Shown here one piece after another: positions 59,147 to 64,000 of a DNA stretch of 64,000 nucleotides. The stretch is from the NCBI GenBank assembly GCA_963715295.1, contig CAVQRP010000007.1:37330-101329 (forward strand), written 5' to 3'. The notes under the pieces are model-generated. The model did not search any database. It saw only the letters and a list, made by a program, of their open reading frames with translations, and was not told the origin of the DNA. Every line of letters starts with the position of its first letter. The first letter of the stretch is position 1. This DNA is from an uncultured Chloroflexia bacterium. Lineage in GTDB: Bacteria > Chloroflexota > Limnocylindria > Limnocylindrales > CSP1-4. The position numbers and the translations under genes were made by a program.

Positions 59147-59354
59147 GGCCTGTGGACGAACGGTGGAAAGGTCGGTGCGTACTGACACCACATACCCCCT
59201 GGGTACCGTTGACCAGCGGCTACGTCGGCGCCTACGGTCGGCCTCGACCCGAAGGGGCCCAGGAACCGACTAACGGCCAAGATGACATCACGGCCCACGT
59301 CGTGTGGCAGGTTCCTTCGGGTCGTTGCCTGTCTGCCGCATCCGCCCCGCGCGC

Positions 59355-60081
59355 ATGATCGGATCCCTCTTCCTGGTGGCCGGCCTGGTCGCCGCCGTGG
59401 TCGGCTGGCTCCTGTTGCGACGAAGCGGCTCCGGCTGGCGAGTCGGACGGCTCCTCTCCGCGGCGCCGCAGCGCAGCCTGGCGGAGGCGGCCGAGATCGC
59501 CGCACGTGGTGAGCCTGCCTACATCCGTCTGCATGGCCGCGTCGACAGCGACGAGGAGTTCCCCGGCGACGACGACAAGCCCATCGTCTTTCGGCGCCGA
59601 CGGCTGCAGGCGCGGAGCGGCCGCTCAGGCTGGCAGACGTTCGACGACGAGCGACTGGCGGTGCCGTTCGGGCTGGCTGCGCGAGGCGACCGCGTGGTCA
59701 TCGACAGCGACGCACTCGGCCGACGGCCTCGTGGTCGTGCCACGCGAGTCGGTGGGTGTCGCGGCCGACCTGACCGAGGACGCCGTCAGCGGGCCCCTGC
59801 CGGCGCTGGCGCCCGACACGCCGGTGCGTCTGCGCATCGAGCAGGTGTCGACGGTCGACCACGCCACCGCCGCGGGCGTGCCTGCCCTCTCGGCAGACGG
59901 CTCGGTCGTGCTGGGCCCGGGGCTCGGACGACCCCTGCTGCTGACCACGCTCGAGCTCGACGAGGCCATGCGCGTGCTGGCGTCCGAGCGGCGGCGAGAG
60001 CTGCTCCTGGCGTCGGGCCTGCTCGTGACTGCTCCGGGCCTGGTCGCGATCGGGCTCATCCTTCTCGTGCTGGTTCAGTGA
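59355..60081 (+). pseudogene. Membrane-anchored hypothetical protein, one frameshift (~59720)
   Basis: N-terminal TM MIGSLFLVAGLVAAVVGWLLL. The C-terminal half continues in the frame of ORF 59506..60081 and ends in a second TM. Confidence 0.5.
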
Positions 60082-60092
60082 GGACGCGCTCA

Positions 60093-60344
60093 CGGGTGCC
60101 GGTGGACGGCCTCCTCATCGCCCTTGCCGCGGTCATCCTGCTGGCCGCCCTGGCGATCGCCGTGGAGCCCACGGCACTGCCACCGACACTGCCGCCGGTG
60201 CTCGAAGGCGGTGACCTGCGCTCGGAAGGGGCCGGTCCCGGACTGGTCGGCAATCCGCTGCTGATCCTCGGCGCGGTCGTGGTGCTGGGCATTGGCACGG
60301 TCCTGGTCACGCTCGTCGTGGCCCGTCTGGCGCGCCGGGTCTAA
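60093..60344 (+). CDS. Small two-TM membrane protein
   Basis: GTG start; LIALAAVILLAALAIA and LLILGAVVVLGIGTVLVTLVVA helices. Confidence 0.4.
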   Translation, partial: RVPVDGLLIALAAVILLAALAIAVEPTALPPTLPPVLEGGDLRSEGAGPGLVGNPLLILGAVVVLGIGTVLVTLVVARLARRV

Positions 60345-60456
60345 GCCGACGGTGCCGCCTGGCACCACGGTCGGCCCTCCCGGTACGGAACTCCCATATG
60401 AGGAGTTGTGAGGTTCACACACCATCACAGCAGCGGACCTCCCGCCTTCGGTTGCG

Positions 60457-62389
60457 TTGACTTGCCAGCATGATGAATCACCCGCCGCCTCCACCTCGCT
60501 ACCCATCACCAAGGCCGCCCGCCTGCTTGGTGTGCACCCCAATACCCTGCGTGCGTGGGCCGATGAGGGGCGCGTGCGCTGCTTGCGCGTCAACAGCCGC
60601 GGCGATCGACGTTTCCTCGTCGACGACCTGCGGGCCTTCATGGCGGCCAGGGAGAACGCGCCCTCGCCCCAGGATCGATCGCGAAGCCCAGATCGAATCC
60701 ATCGCCAAGCTGGGCACTCGGCTCAACCATCTGAGCAGCGTGACCGAGATCGGTGCAGCCATCTGCCTGGAGCTGCGCCAGCTCATCGAATATCACAACG
60801 TGCGCGTCTACCGCGTCGAGGGCAAGGAGGTCGTGCCGGTCGCCTGGCGCGGTGAGCTCAGCGCCTACACCGGCGAGGACGGGGAGCAGCTGCGGCTGCG
60901 CGTGGGTGAGGGCATCACCGGCTGGGTCGCCGAGCACGGTGTGGCCCAGTACCTGCCTGATGCCGCGCGTGATGCCCGTGGCGCCCAGGTGCCCGGTACC
61001 GAGGCGGACCTGCCTGAGTCCATGCTGGTGGCGCCCATGACCTACGAGGACGAGACGATCGGCGTCATCGTCCTGTCCAAGCTGGGACTCGACCGGTTCG
61101 CGCCCGATGACCTGCGCTACCTGGGCATCTACGCCGCCATCGCCGCCCAGGCCATGGTCAACGCCGACATCAGTGAACGGCTGCAGGCGCAGGCGGGCGC
61201 GCTCGACCGGCAGCTGCGCAGCCAGGCCGAGCTGCTGCGCGTCACCGAACGGATCCTCACCAACCTGGATCCGGCCGCCGTGGTGGCAGAGATCGCCGAC
61301 AGCCTGGCGGGACTCATCCCGGTGGACACGCTCGGTATCTACGTGCACGAGCCGGCGCAGCGCAGACTGACCCCGCTGCTCGCGCGGGGCGTGGGAGCGA
61401 CAGAGTTCATGGCGCGACGCCTGCCCGACTCGGGTGCGGTGGTGTCGGAGGTGCTGGCCACGGGAGAGGCTCGCAGCGTCAGCCGCGGTGGTCGCGGCAG
61501 CCGCAGTGGCGTCAAGCCGGCGGCACTCATCCTGGCGCCCTTGCGCGGGCGGGAGCGAGCGCTCGGGATCCTGCACCTCAAGCGCCTCGGTGAAGGCGCC
61601 GTCTTCGATCCACGCGAGCTGGACCTGGTGCGTCTGTTCGCGGCTCACGTATCGATCGCGCTGCAGAACGCGCTCGTCCATCGGATGGTCGAGCTGCGCG
61701 CACAGACCGACGCACTGACCGGGCTGCGGAACCAGGGCACCTTCCGCGATGACCTGCTGCTGAGCGTGGCTCGCGGACAGCCCTTCGCACTGCTCATGCT
61801 CGACCTCGACGACTTCAAGTCCTACAACGACCGTCACGGGCACGAGGCCGGCAACGCCCTGCTGAAGGACATCGCCAGGGCCATCGGGGGAGCCTGCCGT
61901 GAGACCGACCGCGTCTACCGCTACGGCGGCGACGAGTTCTGCCTGATCCTGCCAAGGACGTCCGTGGACGCTGCCGTCGACGTGGCCGAGCGCGTCCGCG
62001 GCGCCATCCGCGAGGTGCCCGGCAGCGGCGGCTCTGAGGCTCGATTGCGCTGCTCGATCGGCGTCGCCGCCTATCCCGACGACGCCGTCGATCGCGAGGA
62101 GCTGCTGCTGGCGGCCGACCGCGCGCTCTACGCTGCCAAGCGTGCCGGCCGCGACCGGGTCGGCACCGCTGCAGATGGGCTGGCGTTGGCGGCCGAGTTC
62201 GTGCCCCCCCGCACACCGGTCGACGGTCCCGATCCCGAGGCGCTGGCAGCGGGAGCAGCACCTGCCGTGGCGCTGGCGGAGGCCACTCTAAATGCCAACG
62301 GGCCCATCAGCGATGCCGTCGGGCAGGTGGCGGCATCGGCGGTGGCGGAGGCATCCCTGGTGGCGGAGGTGTCGGGCGCACGATCGTGA
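60457..62389 (+). pseudogene. Diguanylate cyclase: MerR-type HTH + two GAF domains + GGDEF; one frameshift near 60670
   Basis: HTH ITKAARLLGVHPNTLRAWADEGRV in frame A. GAF, GAF and GGDEF (RYGGDEFCLIL, active GG(D/E)EF) in frame B (60470..62389). Confidence 0.7.
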
Positions 62390-63257
62390 TGATCGAGTCG
62401 AGCGTCACCCCGTAGCGCTCCACGGCCGAACCCTGGTGGACCGAGAGCGCGACCCGGCCATACGAATCGGCGGTGAGCAGCGGAGCGCCCTCGGGCACAT
62501 CACCGAAGGTACGCGCCCACGTGGCCGACACCTCGCGCATGGCCGAGCCCTCGCCCAGCTGCAGCAGGATGTGCTCGCCAAGGCGCAGATCCGGTAGCGC
62601 CGCCAGCAGGTCATCGGCCAGGGCCGAGAGCTTGACGTTGCCGAAGCTGTCGAGGTAGATGGCCTGCGCTCGCAGCCGCCCGGCACGGATGTCGGGACGC
62701 GGCCACTCCAGGTCCAGCAGCCGTCGAGGATCGACGGCCCGACCCAGCTCCTCGATGGGCACGCCGTCGGCCAGGTGCGCGGCGGCAGGGGCGAAGACGT
62801 CGCGTCCGTGGAAGGAGCTGGAGACGTCAGGCAGCGCGTAGCGCGCGTTCTCCAGCAGGTGCACGTGGGTGATGCCGCCGAGGCGGGCGGCGGCCGGCAT
62901 CAGCAGGCCGTTGTCGGGGCCGACGAGGTAGTCGCCGCGTAGCGTCTCGATGGCGATGCCCTCGCGCGCGGTGCCGACACCGGGATCGACCACCGCCACG
63001 TGAGCGCCGATGGGCAGGTAGGGCACCGCGCTCCAGAGCAGCAGCGCACCATCGCGGATGGCGAACTTGTCGACGTCGTGCGCAAGGTCCACCACGGTGG
63101 CCCGGGGACAGATGCCGGCCACGACCGCGCGCATGATGCCGGCCGAGGGGTCGCGCGTCCCGAAGTCGCTGAGCAGGCTCACGAAGGGCGGGCGCCGAGG
63201 CCCGTCGAGCATCGGCCGCGCCGGCGTGGTGACGGTGTGGGTGTAGGTGGGTGCCAT
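62307..63257 (-). CDS. SAM hydroxide adenosyltransferase (DUF62; fluorinase/chlorinase superfamily SAM hydrolase)
   Basis: FVSLLSDFGTRDPSAGIMRAV, VVDPGVG, GPDNG and SFHGRDVFAPAAAHL motifs. The Pro-rich tail overlaps the convergent GGDEF gene end. Confidence 0.8.
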   Translation of the reverse strand: MAPTYTHTVTTPARPMLDGPRRPPFVSLLSDFGTRDPSAGIMRAVVAGICPRATVVDLAHDVDKFAIRDGALLLWSAVPYLPIGAHVAVVDPGVGTAREGIAIETLRGDYLVGPDNGLLMPAAARLGGITHVHLLENARYALPDVSSSFHGRDVFAPAAAHLADGVPIEELGRAVDPRRLLDLEWPRPDIRAGRLRAQAIYLDSFGNVKLSALADDLLAALPDLRLGEHILLQLGEGSAMREVSATWARTFGDVPEGAPLLTADSYGRVALSVHQGSAVERYGVTLDSIITIVRPTPPPPGMPPPPPMPPPARRHR

Positions 63258-63313
63258 GGCTCCCGATGGTACGCGGGCGGCGAGAAGCACGGCGGCGGTA
63301 TGCTGCCGTGTGG

Positions 63314-63986
63314 ATGACCGAGCATGCCACCGACCGCCGCCTGATGCGCCTGCTGGCGGTGGTCCTGGTGGTCCTGTGGGCCGCCATCGCCATCGCCATC
63401 GCCACCGCCTATCGGCCGGGCGGACCGATCGACATCGTGGTCGCCCTGGCCTGCTTCGTGCCCGTGCTCGTCGCCGATGCCGGCGTCGTCTGGCCCGCCG
63501 GCGGCCTGTCCTCACGTCATCGCGCCGCGCTGGTGTGGGTCTGGATCGCGAGCCGTGCTCTTCGCCATCCCCGTCCTCTACGGCGTCGCCAGCACGCTCG
63601 CAGCAGATGGGCCGCAGAGCCTGGTGCCGTCGTTCGAGGAGGCCTACGCGGCGGTGCTGGCGCTGGCGCCGATGGCGTTCTTCAGCGTCGTCGGCCTGGT
63701 CCACCAGCGGCGCAGCGTCCAGCCGCTGGAGCGACGCGCGACGTGGGCGACGGCGGGCCTGGCCGTGCTCCTGACGGCAGTCGTCGGGCTCGCCTTCGTC
63801 TTCGTGGCCGTGGTCAACGACCAGACGCTGCGGCAGGCGGAGCCCAGCGGCTCGCGCTTCGGGCCCACCGACCCCGACCTGGAGCCACCCTTCTGCGACG
63901 AGCGCGTCGCCCTGGGCCCGGCTGCGGTCATCACCATGGAGGCGGAGTCGAGCCTCGACAACGAGCCGCGGGACGCGCCCTCCTGA
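63314..63986 (+). pseudogene. Hypothetical membrane protein (about 5 TM), one frameshift near 63555
   Basis: N-terminal MTEHATDRRLMRLLAVVLVVLWAAIAIAIA... is in the frame that stays open to the window end. The remainder is in the frame of ORF 63477..63986. Confidence 0.45.
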
Positions 63987-64000
63987 ACGGTCAGCGGAGC

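Overview
This 64 kb window is about 69% GC and comes from a chromosomal region of a high-GC bacterium. Gene content suggests a Terrabacteria lineage: Chloroflexi-like or deep Actinobacteria-like, with a split cytochrome b6/subunit-IV and DUF2171, DUF4397 and zf-trcl proteins. I see no phage, integrase, transposase, CRISPR or defence genes. The content is housekeeping and accessory metabolism: a DrrAB-type ABC exporter, a PadR module, a Trx-VKOR fusion, two ECF sigma/anti-sigma pairs, thrC, a LacI-controlled nucleotide-sugar operon with a bona fide GDP-mannose 3,5-epimerase, aroK, an aminotransferase, a six-gene cytochrome bc/b6f-type respiratory operon, a thiamine ABC importer operon with thiamine pyrophosphokinase, c-di-GMP enzymes and a SAM hydrolase (DUF62). 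Two tRNAs are present on the minus strand: an initiator-like tRNA-Met and tRNA-Lys(UUU). A degenerate tRNA-Lys-like remnant lies about 870 bp from tRNA-Lys. The most notable points are: (1) a clear TPP riboswitch with an SD-sequestering hairpin ahead of the thiamine operon; (2) a bc-complex operon co-transcribed with a GltD-like FeS flavoprotein, a cytochrome c-cupredoxin fusion and a Kelch membrane protein; (3) an 18-bp LacI-type operator upstream of a GME / GHMP-kinase / nucleotidyltransferase operon; (4) a 24-bp x ~10 tandem repeat encoding (AVPEPEAT)n inside a gene divergent from an ECF sigma/anti-sigma pair; (5) a paralogous gene pair flanking a DUF2171 gene and a 430-bp unexplained non-coding stretch. 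At least 15 genes carry internal frameshifts. At least two are 1-nt homopolymer indels inside otherwise perfect repeats, so most are probably assembly errors rather than real pseudogenes.
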